Origin: an uncultured Actinomycetes bacterium
GTDB taxonomy: Bacteria > Actinomycetota > Thermoleophilia > UBA2241
DNA: 64,000 nt
Direction: 5' to 3'
Assembly: GCA_963725665.1 (NCBI GenBank)
Contig: CAVRZA010000006.1
Coordinates: forward strand, 160,001-224,000
Shown: positions 33,191 through 44,840 of the stretch, piece by piece
How the letters are laid out: every line of letters begins with the position of its first letter
How positions within the stretch are numbered: the stretch's first letter is position 1
Program-made: the position numbers and the translations under genes
Notes under the pieces: generated by a model
What the model was told of the DNA's origin: nothing
Seen by the model: only the letters and a program-made list of their open reading frames with translations
Database searches by the model: none

Positions 33191-33220
33191 ATTCTACGTG
33201 CAATGAGTCACAAGGTGCAA
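33191..33220 (-). promoter_or_regulatory. Sigma-70-type promoter for the riboswitch operon
   Basis: TTGCAC-18 nt-TAGAAT immediately upstream of the aptamer. Confidence 0.55.
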
Positions 33221-33379
33221 TTCTTTGCCATCGTCACAGTGGCAGAAGGGCGTGCGGATGCTTTGGCCGTTCAGGCAGAGGCATCCAACGCCTGGATGGC
33301 CCGAGCCCGGGACGGACGAGCGGGGCGGCGAGGGTCGCGCCCGGCGCCGTCGCCGGTGCCGGGCGCGACGCTCGCCGCC

Positions 33380-34114
33380 TCAGGCCCGGGCGAAGCGCAG
33401 CGAGCGGAGCTGCGCGCCCGTGTGGTAGGCGTAGAGGTCGCGGAGGTGGCGGAAGGCCTCCTCCACGCCCTCGTCGCCCGGCAGGGCGCGCAGCTCCGCG
33501 AGAGGCAGACCGAGGGCGCGCCGCAACGCCGCGACGGCGTCGGGCGTGATGGGCGCGCCCTCGTGCAGGCAGCGCTCGCAGACGAGGCCGCCGCGGGCGG
33601 CCGAGAAGGCGAGCGCCATGCCGTCGGTGGCGCCGCAGACGGCACACTGGTCGAGCACCGGCAGGTAGCCGGCCTCACTCAGGAGCTTGACGAAGGCGCC
33701 GAGCACGAGCGGCGCCCGCAGCGCGGAGCCGGCGAAGCCGGCGTCGATCTCGCGTAACGCGCGCGCCAGGAGATTGAAGGCCCGCTCCTCCGGCTCGCCC
33801 TCGGCGAACAACCCAGCCGCCGCCTCGCACAGCAGCCCCGCCGCAACCATAGCTTCGCGGTCCTCGTGCAGACGCAGGTTGGTGCGCGCAAGCTGCGCCG
33901 AGGTGACGGTGAAGAGGCTGCGCCCGCGGAAGAGGACGAGATCGACCAGGCCGAAGGGCTCCAGACGACCTCCCCAGCGCGACTTCGTGCGCCGCACGCC
34001 CTTGACGACCGCATCGACACGCCCGAGCTCCTTCGTGAAGAGCGTGACGATGCGGTCGGCCTCGCCGAGGGGGCGCGAGCTCAGAACGACGGCGCGGACG
34101 GTCTCGTAGCGCAT
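33380..34114 (-). CDS. recO: DNA repair protein RecO
   Basis: LGEADRIVTLFT..LG....VKGVRRTKSR.GGRLEPF; CAVCG...GGLVCERC zinc finger. Confidence 0.95.
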   Translation of the reverse strand: MRYETVRAVVLSSRPLGEADRIVTLFTKELGRVDAVVKGVRRTKSRWGGRLEPFGLVDLVLFRGRSLFTVTSAQLARTNLRLHEDREAMVAAGLLCEAAAGLFAEGEPEERAFNLLARALREIDAGFAGSALRAPLVLGAFVKLLSEAGYLPVLDQCAVCGATDGMALAFSAARGGLVCERCLHEGAPITPDAVAALRRALGLPLAELRALPGDEGVEEAFRHLRDLYAYHTGAQLRSLRFARA

Positions 34115-34125
34115 GCGCTCGAGCC

Positions 34126-34407
34126 TTAGGCCGTCGCTTCGTCCACGAGGTAGGCGAGCGACTCGTAGGCGCGTCCCGTGCGGTCGGAGAGCACGATCTC
34201 GCAGGTCTTGGCGAGCGAGTAGGCGCCGTCGAAGGCCCGCCCCGCGACCTCAAGCGCTTCTTCGTGCACGGCCGCGTCGGCCAGCTCAGGGTAGAGGAAG
34301 CCGCGGTCGCCGCCGGCGCCGCAGCAGCCGAGGGCGTACGGAACGACGACCTCGTCGGCGCACGCGGCGGCGACCGCCGCGACCTTGTCGTAGCCCATGA
34401 CGTTCAC
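34126..34407 (-). CDS. Stand-alone CCG-type Fe-S domain (resembles the C-terminus of FAD/Fe-S lactate dehydrogenases)
   Basis: GCCGAGGDRGFLYPEL...YS...TCEI.LS..TG..YES..YLVDE; start overlaps the prmC stop. Confidence 0.65.
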   Translation of the reverse strand: MNVMGYDKVAAVAAACADEVVVPYALGCCGAGGDRGFLYPELADAAVHEEALEVAGRAFDGAYSLAKTCEIVLSDRTGRAYESLAYLVDEATA

Positions 34408-35324
34408 GCCTTCTCCCGCCCGAGCACGACCCGCGGCGAGCCGCCGAGATCGTTGCGCACGTCGATGTCCTCGAAGCGTCGCGCCTCGACGAAGAGCGAG
34501 AGCACCTCGACCAGCTTGGTCTCCGGGATCTCGACGGCGAGCAGGCCCCCGGGCTCGAGGAAGGGCGGCGCGCCCGGGATGATCCGTTCGTAGAAGTCCA
34601 TCCCGTGCGCGCCGCCCAGAAGCGCCACGTGCGGCTCGTAGCCGCGCACGTCGACGGAGAGCCGCCGCAACGCCTGCGTGGTCACGTAGGGCGGGTTCGA
34701 CACGATGAGATCGAAGCGCGCCCCCGGCGGCAGGTCCTCGTAGACGTCGCTCACGGCGAAGCTGATCCGCCGCTGCAGCCCCAGCCGCACCGCGTTGAGC
34801 CGTGCCATCTCGAGCGGCGCCGGGTGCACCTCGGTAGCCACGATGCGCGCCGTCGGGTGCTCGGCGGCGATGGCCAGCGCGATGGCGCCCGAGCCCGTGC
34901 CCACGTCGAGCACCCTCGGCTCTTCCTCGCCCGAGCGCGCGAGCTCCTCGAGCGCGACCTCGACCAGCGTCTCGGTCTCGGGCCGCGGGATGAGGGTGTT
35001 CTCGTTGAGCTGCAGGTCGATGGTGCGAAAGCCGCGGTGGCCGACGATATAGGCCACCGGTTCGCGCTTCTTGCGCCGCTCAACGAAGCCCTGGAAGCGC
35101 TCCCACTCCTGAGCGGTGAGCACGCGCTCGGACTCGCCGTAGAGGTGTTCGCGCGTGCACCCGAGCGTCTCGGCGAGCAGGATCTCAACGTCGAGACGGG
35201 GAGAGGGGATGCCCGCGGCGCCCAATCGGCGCGTCGCACGCGAGAGCGCCTGCTTGACCGATACGGGCGGGCTTTTCTGGGCCCGGCCCTCCTCCCCCAC
35301 GGCCGCCCTCTTCTCCTCCGCCAC
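34404..35324 (-). CDS. prmC: Release factor glutamine methyltransferase
   Basis: REPVAYIVG, LIPRPETETLVE, VLDVGTGSGAIA, DLIVSNPPY. Confidence 0.95.
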   Translation of the reverse strand: MAEEKRAAVGEEGRAQKSPPVSVKQALSRATRRLGAAGIPSPRLDVEILLAETLGCTREHLYGESERVLTAQEWERFQGFVERRKKREPVAYIVGHRGFRTIDLQLNENTLIPRPETETLVEVALEELARSGEEEPRVLDVGTGSGAIALAIAAEHPTARIVATEVHPAPLEMARLNAVRLGLQRRISFAVSDVYEDLPPGARFDLIVSNPPYVTTQALRRLSVDVRGYEPHVALLGGAHGMDFYERIIPGAPPFLEPGGLLAVEIPETKLVEVLSLFVEARRFEDIDVRNDLGGSPRVVLGREKA

Positions 35325-35340
35325 CGGCCGCTGCGTCCCT

Positions 35341-36423
35341 CTACTCGTCGCCGACCGCGGCGAGCTGCTTGCGCCTGTCCTCGGCCGCCAGCGCCTCGGT
35401 GAACTCGTCGATGTCGCCCTCGAGGATCTGGTCGATGCGGTGCGAGGTGAGCCCGATACGGTGGTCGGTGACCCGCGCCTGGGAGAAGTTGTAGGTGCGT
35501 ATCTTCTGCGAGCGGTCGCCGGTGCCGACCATGCCGCGCCGCGCCTCGGCCACCTCGCTCTGCTGTCGCTCGAGCTCCATCTCGTAGAGCCGCGCGCGCA
35601 GGATGCGCAAGGCGCGCTCCTTGTTCTGCAACTGGCTCTTCTCGTCCTGGCAGCTCACCACGAGCCCCGTCGGCAGGTGTGTGATGCGCACGGCCGAGTC
35701 GGTGGTGTTGACCGACTGGCCGCCGGGCCCGCTGGAGCGGAAGATGTCGACGCGGATGTCGCCGGGATCGATCTCGACCTCGACGTCTTCGGCCTCGGGC
35801 AGCACCGCCACTGTGGCCGTCGAGGTGTGGATGCGTCCCTGCGACTCGGTCACCGGCACGCGCTGCACACGGTGCACTCCGCCCTCGTACTTGAAGGCGG
35901 AGTAGGCGCCCTGCCCGCGCACCTCGACGATGACCTCCTTGAAGCCACCGTTCTCGGACTCGCTCTGCGAGAGCAGCTCGGTCTCGAAGCCCTTCTTCTC
36001 CGCGTAGCGCAGGTACATGCGCAGCAGCTCGCCGGCGAAGAGCGCGGCCTCGTCGCCGCCGGCGCCGGCGCGGATCTCGAGGATCACGTCCTTGGCGTCG
36101 TTGGGGTCGCGCGTGAGCATCTGCGTGCGGATCTCGTCGCTCAGCTCGTCGAGCAGGCGCCGGTTGGTGAGCAGCTCCTCCTGCAGGAACTCGCGCATCT
36201 CGGGCTCGAGGCCGTCGCCGTCGGCGAGCAGCTCCTCGGCGTCGGCGACGGCCTTCTCGGCCTCGCGGTAACGGAGCGTGAGGTCGTACGCGGCGGCGAG
36301 CTCGGCGTGCCGCCGCGCCGCCGCCGCGTACTGTTTGCGGTCGGCAAGCACGGCCGGGTCGCTGAGCAGCCCGGTCACTTCCTCATACGTGCGTTCGATC
36401 TCTTCGACGAGTCTGTCGGCCAT
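35341..36423 (-). CDS. prfA: Peptide chain release factor 1
   Basis: [32 protein letters not shown] (PxT motif), [13 protein letters not shown]. Confidence 0.98.
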   Translation of the reverse strand: MADRLVEEIERTYEEVTGLLSDPAVLADRKQYAAAARRHAELAAAYDLTLRYREAEKAVADAEELLADGDGLEPEMREFLQEELLTNRRLLDELSDEIRTQMLTRDPNDAKDVILEIRAGAGGDEAALFAGELLRMYLRYAEKKGFETELLSQSESENGGFKEVIVEVRGQGAYSAFKYEGGVHRVQRVPVTESQGRIHTSTATVAVLPEAEDVEVEIDPGDIRVDIFRSSGPGGQSVNTTDSAVRITHLPTGLVVSCQDEKSQLQNKERALRILRARLYEMELERQQSEVAEARRGMVGTGDRSQKIRTYNFSQARVTDHRIGLTSHRIDQILEGDIDEFTEALAAEDRRKQLAAVGDE

Positions 36424-36848
36424 CTGCGACACCGGTCGGTCCCTGCGAGCCTGCCGGACTGTCCATCGGGGGGAGACGCGACGGCAAGCACAGCGGGACG
36501 GCCCTCCGAGGCTCCCCCGGTCGCGCCTGCGCCAAGGCGAAGCCTCGATCGATTATACCCCGGCCCCTTCGCGTGCTCTGCCGGCGCGGTGGCGAGACGC
36601 GCACCGCCGATACGACAGCGGGGAGCGCGACCCGGCGGCCGGGAGACGCGAGCGCCGGGGAGGACACGCGTGGGCGCAAGGAGGCACAAAGGCGCGGCCA
36701 GACGTCACGGCGGCAGGAGAGCTCCCCCGACCGTTGAATTCTGCCCGTACAGCGACCGGCGACCGGCGCCGACACGGCGCCCGCGAAGAGGAGTCCGACC
36801 CTGGAACAGGAGCGAACGTCCGACTCGAGCTTCTTTGCCTCGCCCACC

Positions 36849-37892
36849 GTGCGAGCCCTCGTCATCATCGCGTCCTTCGGCGTGGTGATCCTGTTCCTGA
36901 ACCAGTTCAGTGGAGTGATCAGCCAGGCCGTGCTCGCCTACGTGATCACGCTTGCCTTCACGCCCCTGCTGCGTTGGCTGCGCCGGCACGTGCCGACCTG
37001 GCTCGCCATCACCCTGATCATGGCGCTGGTGCTCGTCGTCGTCGGCGGCTTCCTCATCCTCACCGCGGTCACACTCGGCAACGCGACCACGCAGATCTCC
37101 GACTATCGCGCGCAGTACGGCCAGCAGCTCGACTCGGTCGTCAACTGGCTCGCCGACAAGGGCATCGACGTCAGTGGCGCCTCGAGCGTCATCTCCGGCG
37201 AGAAGGTCTTCTCCCTGGTGACGAAGATCCTCAGCTGGGTGGCCTCAGGACTCACCTTCTCGTTCCTGCTCTTCTTCATCTTCGTCTACATGCTCGTCGA
37301 CTCGATGCATCTGCCGGCCAGCCTGCGCAGGCACCTGCCGGGCGCGAGCTACGACCGTCTGATGCTCTTCCAGAGCGACGTGCGGCGCTACTGGGTCATC
37401 CAGACCATCACCGGACTGATCGCGGCGGTGCTCGACGTCGCCATGCTCCTCGTGCTCGGCATCCCCTTCGCCTTCTTCCTGGGGGTGCTCTCGTTCATCA
37501 CCAACTACATCCCGAACATCGGCTACTTCATCGCCCTCGTGCCGGCCCTGCTGTTCGCCTTCGTCACACTCGGAGCGAAGGGGGTCGTGATCGTCTTCGT
37601 CGGCTACTGGGCCTTCAACACCGTCGCCGGGAGCATCGTGGCGCCGAAGCTGAACGCCGAGCGGCTGAGCATCGGCTTCACCACTTCCATGGTCGGCGTC
37701 GTCTTCTGGGGCACGGTCCTCGGCCCCGTCGGCGGTCTCGTCGCCGTGCCCCTCATCCTCTTCGTGCGCGAGATCGTGCTCGGCGACCGCCCCGAGAACC
37801 AGTGGCTGGTCGACCTGCTGAGCAGCGCCCCCGCCAAGCCGAAGCGCAAGGGGAGAGCGTCGGGCACCGAAGGGGAGCCGCAGGAGGCGTAG
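36849..37892 (+). CDS. AI-2E family transporter
   Basis: Multiple TM segments; LSFITNYIPNIG, VVFWGTVLGPVGGLVAVPL; true start may be CTG 36801. Confidence 0.88.
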   Translation: MRALVIIASFGVVILFLNQFSGVISQAVLAYVITLAFTPLLRWLRRHVPTWLAITLIMALVLVVVGGFLILTAVTLGNATTQISDYRAQYGQQLDSVVNWLADKGIDVSGASSVISGEKVFSLVTKILSWVASGLTFSFLLFFIFVYMLVDSMHLPASLRRHLPGASYDRLMLFQSDVRRYWVIQTITGLIAAVLDVAMLLVLGIPFAFFLGVLSFITNYIPNIGYFIALVPALLFAFVTLGAKGVVIVFVGYWAFNTVAGSIVAPKLNAERLSIGFTTSMVGVVFWGTVLGPVGGLVAVPLILFVREIVLGDRPENQWLVDLLSSAPAKPKRKGRASGTEGEPQEA

Positions 37893-37920
37893 TCGGGGCG
37901 CGGCGGTGGCGTGGTTCGAG

Positions 37921-37956
37921 TGAGGCGGGCGGCGCCGTCAGGCGCCGCCCGCCTCA
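37921..37956. terminator. Hairpin between convergent genes
   Basis: TGAGGCGGGCGGCGCC-GTCA-GGCGCCGCCCGCCTCA perfect stem. Confidence 0.55.
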
Positions 37957-38941
37957 CTCGAACGTGAACGGCTTGAGGCTCGGATAACCTCGCCTCATAT
38001 CGACCGCGCTGCCGAACCCCCAAAGCTCTCGCAAGAACAGAGGGTGCAACCGGTCGAGGATAGGTGGCGGCGGCGGCACGTCGCTGATGCCGTAGTCGTG
38101 CGGCAGCCCAGTGTCGGCATCGACGGTGAACGTGACCCAGCCGCCCCGAGGTGCTGCGGCGCCGCTGGGACGGCTGAACGCTTGCTCGTCGACGAACCGT
38201 CCGCGCAGCACGACGAGGTAGACCATGGTGTCGTCGTCGACGCTCGGATCGCTGCTCGTGAGCCCCACGGCAGTCGCCGCCTGCTTCGTCGTCATCAGAC
38301 CCCACGCGGCCCAGAGCGGACGAGGGTCCTGGTCGCTGCGCGCGCTACCTCAAGGCTCGCTCGCGGAGCCAAGCGGGCGGCGTAGGCCACGCGCCCCCAG
38401 CGTCCGGCGGTGGCGCCGAGAGGTCGAGTGGCCTTAGATGAGGATAGGGCGAGGGGTCGAACTCACCCCAGCCGGCGCCGAACACGCCGCCCGGTTCGTG
38501 GGTGGCCTCTGTGTACGTGTACTCAACGATAGTCACCGGGCCAGGAGGAAGGCTGGCCCCCGGCGCAATCCTGAGTTGATTGACGATGTCAAAGCGGCCG
38601 ATGAGCACGAGCACCCACACCTTCGGGTGCGAGGGGTCGCGTGGACCGCTGTCCATCAGCTCGCCGTACTCAGGGTCGCCGAGCAGGCCCCAGTAGCCCC
38701 CGTCTACCGGCCCATCGGCCTCGGCCGCCTTGCGCCAAGCCTCCTTCCACAACCACGCCGGTGGTTGGTCGGCGGAGGTCGAAGCCAGCGGCGACGAGGG
38801 AGAGCTCCCTTCGGCCGCCCCGGTCGCGGTGCCGCATGAGCCGAGCAGGACGGCGGCTGTCAGAACGGCCATCGCGACGACCACCACGACCAGCAATCTG
38901 CGCACCGCCCACCTCCTCGTGGTGTATGCGATTCTCAGCAT
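37954..38941 (-). pseudogene. Two-domain hypothetical lipoprotein split by a frameshift near 38347
   Basis: Lipobox LGSC; domain PPAWL...V(W/Y)L.VL.GRF...P.GA..P.G occurs twice; the second copy is continuous only if one base is added at AGG-TA-GCG. Confidence 0.6.
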
Positions 38942-38978
38942 ACTCCTGAGAGACGAACGGGGAGCCGAGCAGGTTCGC

Positions 38979-39959
38979 CTACGCCATCACCTCGACGCCC
39001 TTCACCGGAGGGGCGTCGACGGGCTCGAGCTCGATGATGCGGTCGAGGGCGCTGATGGCCACCTCGATCTGGCTCGCATCGGGCTTCTTCGTCGTCATCC
39101 ACTGCAGCGCCAACCCCGGCGCCATGATCACGCGCACGAACGGGTTGTTTTCGTGTCGCCCGGCCAACCTGATGATCTCGTAGGAGATGCCGGCGATCAG
39201 TGGGATGAGGATCACGCGCGAGAGGATCAACCAGTACCACGCCGGCCAGCGCACGACGGCGAAGACCAGGATCGAGACCACCATGACGATGAGCAGGAAC
39301 GACGTGCCGCAGCGCAGGTGCAGCGTCTTGTACTTCTCGACGTTGGCGACCTCGAGAGGCTCGCCGTGCTCGAGAGCGTGGATCGACATGTGCTCGGCGC
39401 CGTGGTACTCGAAGACGCGCCGCAGCTCGCGGAACTGAGTGACGACGGCGAGATAGGCGACGAAGATGCCGACGCGGATGAAGCCCTCGACGAGCCAGAA
39501 CCAGAAACCGGTGCCGAGCTCGGTCTTGAAGATGCGCGCGATGCCGAGGGGCGCGAGAAAGAAGAGGGCGACGGCGAAACCCAGCGCCACGACCAGGGTG
39601 AGGCCGATCTCCTTCTTGGTGAGCTCCCTCTCGTCTTCGCCGAGCGACTGGTTGGCCGAGATGGTGATGGCCTTCATGCCGATGACGAGCGATTCGACGA
39701 GAGCGGTGACGCCGCGCAAGATGGGCAGCTTGAGCACGGGGTAGCGCTTCATGAACGAGACCAGCGGCCAGGAGTCGAGATGGATCGTCTGGTCGGGGCG
39801 ACGCACGGCGAGTGACCAGTGCGCGACGCCGCGCATCATGACGCCCTCGATGACGGCCTGACCGCCGACCTGCAGGCGCTTGGCGAGGAGCGCCGGCGCC
39901 AGCACGGCGCAGCCGGCGAGGCGCCGGCGCAGTGGATCGATCATCTGGGGACCAGCCAT
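38979..39959 (-). CDS. DUF1385 (YqhQ-like) membrane protein
   Basis: VGGQAVIEGVMMR, RRVFEYHGAEH, HLRCGTSF, PGLALQWMTTKKPD..QIEVAI. Confidence 0.92.
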   Translation of the reverse strand: MAGPQMIDPLRRRLAGCAVLAPALLAKRLQVGGQAVIEGVMMRGVAHWSLAVRRPDQTIHLDSWPLVSFMKRYPVLKLPILRGVTALVESLVIGMKAITISANQSLGEDERELTKKEIGLTLVVALGFAVALFFLAPLGIARIFKTELGTGFWFWLVEGFIRVGIFVAYLAVVTQFRELRRVFEYHGAEHMSIHALEHGEPLEVANVEKYKTLHLRCGTSFLLIVMVVSILVFAVVRWPAWYWLILSRVILIPLIAGISYEIIRLAGRHENNPFVRVIMAPGLALQWMTTKKPDASQIEVAISALDRIIELEPVDAPPVKGVEVMA

Positions 39960-39994
39960 CGCGCTACCCTATCGGCACGCACGCCGGGAGTGCC

Positions 39995-40732
39995 TTAGGC
40001 AGATGCGGCGGCGACGCCGTCGACCTCCTCGGCCTTGTACGGCTTGCCGCAGGTCATCTTGCCCTCGGGACAGCTGCCGTAGAGGCAGCCGGGGCCGCTG
40101 CCCTCGAAGAGCGCGGGGGCGATGGCCTTGACCATGCTGCGCATCTCCCAGGCCATCGCTCGTATCTCCCACTGCGCCCGGTTGCAGCAGCGCACGCGGA
40201 AGAAGTGACGCAGCTCGCGGGCGTTCATCGTGACGACGATCTTGGTCTCGGCGGCGTTGGGCAGCACGAAGCGGGCGTCCTCCTGCACCGACTCCTTGCC
40301 GCGCCCCTCGGCCAGCCCGATATCGACCAGCCGGTCGTAGGCGTCGCGGGCCCGAGTCATCGCCTCGAGGAAGATCGCCTTCGCCTCGGCGTTGGCGTCG
40401 ATAGACGGCGGCACGACGAAGCTGTCTGCTGCCGAGAAGTTGACGTAGCGCTGCGACTGCTGGTTGTAGCTCGCCACGCGATGGCGCACGAGCTGGTGGG
40501 TGCAGGCGCGCGAGACGCCGTCGACGGCGAAGCTGAAGACGGCGTGCTCGAGCGCCGAATGGTGACCCGACTTGACCATGCCGCGCACGAGCTTGCCCAC
40601 GGCCTCGTCGCCCATCGTCTCCTTGAGCTCGGCAGCCGAGACGGGCGCGTAGCAGAGCCTGCCGGCGGCGGCCACGGCACGATCGGGATCGGGCGTGTTG
40701 TAGAGGAGGGTGACCCGGAGCTGCGCTGCCAC
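39995..40732 (-). CDS. thyX: FAD-dependent thymidylate synthase
   Basis: [50 protein letters not shown]. Confidence 0.96.
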   Translation of the reverse strand: MAAQLRVTLLYNTPDPDRAVAAAGRLCYAPVSAAELKETMGDEAVGKLVRGMVKSGHHSALEHAVFSFAVDGVSRACTHQLVRHRVASYNQQSQRYVNFSAADSFVVPPSIDANAEAKAIFLEAMTRARDAYDRLVDIGLAEGRGKESVQEDARFVLPNAAETKIVVTMNARELRHFFRVRCCNRAQWEIRAMAWEMRSMVKAIAPALFEGSGPGCLYGSCPEGKMTCGKPYKAEEVDGVAAASA

Positions 40733-40739
40733 GACGGCG

Positions 40740-40958
40740 TCAGCCGACCTTGTCGGCGGCCTTCTTGCCGTACTTGCGCTGGAAGCGCTCGACGCGTCCG
40801 CCCGAGTCGACGAGCTTCTGCTTGCCGGTGTAGAAGGGATGGCACTGCGAGCAGATCTCGACGTGCAGCTCGGGCTGGGTCGAACGAGTCGTGAACGTGT
40901 TACCGCAGGAGCACTTCACGACCGTCTCCATGTACGGGGGATGGATGTCTTTCTTCAT
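40740..40958 (-). CDS. rpmE: 50S ribosomal protein L31 (Zn-binding type)
   Basis: MKKDIHP..CSCG...[26 protein letters not shown]. Confidence 0.97.
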   Translation of the reverse strand: MKKDIHPPYMETVVKCSCGNTFTTRSTQPELHVEICSQCHPFYTGKQKLVDSGGRVERFQRKYGKKAADKVG

Positions 40959-41196
40959 GGGATCAAGTCCTTCGCTCTTCTGGGGGACACGGTATGGTAG
41001 CACGACGGGCACGGAGCCGCGAGGTCCACGGCGCCCCGCTGCGAGCGTCGCGACACGCCCTCAGCCGTCATCTGAGATGGTACCCAGCGACAAACCGGGG
41101 TGTGCCGCTGCGAGGGTCGCGGATCATCCTCCTGATGCCGGCGCGATCGCCGCTGGGCGACGCCACACGGATCGCGAGTGAGAGATACTTGTCCTC

Positions 41197-42798
41197 ATGC
41201 TCGACCTGCTGATCAGCGGCGCGCTGGTGATCGACGGCAGCGGCGCCCCCGCCTACGCTGCCGACGTCGGTGTGGCCGGCGACCGCGTCGCCCTCGTGCG
41301 TCGCGGCGGCGAAGCCGCGGCGGGCGCTGACCGCGACGGCGCCGCCCGCGACCGGCCGGCGGCAGCCCGCGTCGTGCCCGCCGCCGGGCGCGTCCTGGCG
41401 CCGGGCTTCATCGACGTCCACACCCACTCCGACCTGGCGCCCTTCACGGACCCGTGGATGGACAGCGCCTTGCGGCAGGGCGTGACCACCGTCGTGGTGG
41501 GCAACTGCGGAGCTTCGGCGTGGCCGAGAGCGAGCCTGGCCGATCTCGCGACGTCCCTCGAGACCTCCGTCGACGAGCTCGCCGGCGGCTGGGACTCGGC
41601 GGCGGAGTACCTCGCCGCCGTCGGCGCCGCCGGCCCCGCCTGCAACGTCGCCGCGCTGACCGGGTTCGGCAGCCTGCGCAGTGAGGTCATGGGCCACGAA
41701 CGCCGCGCCGCGACGCCGGCCGAGGTCGACGCCATGCGCCGGCTGCTCGCCGAGGCGATGCGGGCCGGCGCCCTCGGCCTCTCCACGGGCCTCATCTACG
41801 TGCCCGACATGTACGCCTCGACCGACGAGGTGGCGGCCGTGGCGGCGGCCGTGGTCCCCTTCGGCGGGATCTACACCACGCACATGAGGGCTGAGGGCAA
41901 GCTGCTCTTTAAGGCCGTGCGCGAGACACTCGAGATCGGACGGCGAGCCGGGGTCCACGCCCACATCAGCCATCTCAAGCTGGAGGGTCGCTTGGCCGGA
42001 GGTCGCGCCGAGGAGCTGCTCGAGCTCGTCTTCGCCGGCGACGCTTCGGCCGACCAGTACCCGTACACGGCGTGGGAGACCGACCTCTCCTCGTTCCTCC
42101 CGCCCTGGGCGTCGGTCGACCAGCTTCAGGAGGTGGTCGCCGTCGCGGACACCAGGCGCCGGCTGGTGAAGGCGATCGAGGAGGGCGAGGAAGACTGGGA
42201 GAGCTCGATCGCCGGCGCCGGCTGGAACCTGATCGTGCTCGAGGATGACGTCGACGGCGCCGCCGGACGCAGCATCGCGCAGGTCGCGGGCGAGCGCCAG
42301 AGGGAGCCGGTCGACCTCGTCCTCGACCTCCTGCAGCGGCACCCCAGCGTCAGGGTGAGCGGTCACACGATGCGTGAGGACGACGTGCGCAAGATCTTGG
42401 CGCGCTCCGAGGTCATGGTGGGCTCCGACGGGATGGCGGTGTCGCCCGAGGGAGCCCTGCACGCGTCGCTGCTCCACCCGAGAAGCTACGGGACCTTCCC
42501 CCGCGTGCTGGGACGCTACGCGCGCGACGAGGGAATCCTCAGCCTCGAGACCGCGGTGAACAAGATGACGGGGCTGCCCGCCCGCGTCTTCGGCCTGGCC
42601 GGACGCGGGGCGATCGCCGAGGGAGCCTGCGCCGACCTGGTCCTATTCGACCCGACAGGCGTCGCCGACACCGCCACGTTCACCCAGCCGCACTCCTACC
42701 CGACCGGCATCGACCTCGTGGTCGTGAACGGGCGCGTGGCGTGGGACGGCGCTCGCGGCGAGCGCGCGGGGCGCGCGCTGCGGCGGGCGAGCGGCTGA
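41197..42798 (+). CDS. N-acyl-D-amino-acid deacylase (D-aminoacylase)
   Basis: VIDGSG, APGFIDVHTHSD, GVTTVVVGNCG, GLSTGLIY, HISHLK, HPRSYGTFPRVLG. Confidence 0.93.
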   Translation: MLDLLISGALVIDGSGAPAYAADVGVAGDRVALVRRGGEAAAGADRDGAARDRPAAARVVPAAGRVLAPGFIDVHTHSDLAPFTDPWMDSALRQGVTTVVVGNCGASAWPRASLADLATSLETSVDELAGGWDSAAEYLAAVGAAGPACNVAALTGFGSLRSEVMGHERRAATPAEVDAMRRLLAEAMRAGALGLSTGLIYVPDMYASTDEVAAVAAAVVPFGGIYTTHMRAEGKLLFKAVRETLEIGRRAGVHAHISHLKLEGRLAGGRAEELLELVFAGDASADQYPYTAWETDLSSFLPPWASVDQLQEVVAVADTRRRLVKAIEEGEEDWESSIAGAGWNLIVLEDDVDGAAGRSIAQVAGERQREPVDLVLDLLQRHPSVRVSGHTMREDDVRKILARSEVMVGSDGMAVSPEGALHASLLHPRSYGTFPRVLGRYARDEGILSLETAVNKMTGLPARVFGLAGRGAIAEGACADLVLFDPTGVADTATFTQPHSYPTGIDLVVVNGRVAWDGARGERAGRALRRASG

Positions 42799-42834
42799 CC
42801 CCCAGAGGCACACTGAGACCGTAACGACGAAGAC

Positions 42835-42892
42835 GCGCGGCCGCGGGCCGCCGGGCAGTGGACACGGGCTGCCCGGACACCCGCGGCCGCGC
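42835..42892. terminator. Long imperfect hairpin between the convergent deacylase gene and rho
   Basis: GCGCGGCCGCGGG..CCGGGCAG...CTGCCCGG..CCCGCGGCCGCGC. Confidence 0.45.
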
Positions 42893-42909
42893 GCCGCGGA
42901 CGTTCGCTT

Positions 42910-44427
<1,518 letters not shown>

Positions 44428-44840
44428 AGCTGCTTTCTGGTTGAACCTCTCTACAGCGGGCCTAGAAGCCCATCGTGTCTCGAACCCCGGGGCTTGCCTG
44501 AAGCCCGCGGTCCCTGCCTGTCTGCTCCGCTCCTCGACCGCCTCCCGCTACAGCCTGATCTCGCAGTTACGTTCCGTCATGAGGAGGTGGTCCGTCTCGA
44601 CGAAGCGCACGTGGGGATCACTCGTGACGACCTCACCACCTCAGCCGATGCGAAGATCGGGCGGACGTTCGCGGACGCCCCGGAGTCCTTCGCGCTCAGC
44701 ACGTGCTGCAGCCGGGGGACGTAGGGTGGGACGCTGGCTGTATCGGCAGCGAGCGCCCGTTCTTGAGGTGGCGACGTCCCTTGCGACCCCGGTGATCCCA
44801 TCCCTGGCGCCGCTTCTCTCCTGTCGACGGAGCCTGGCAC

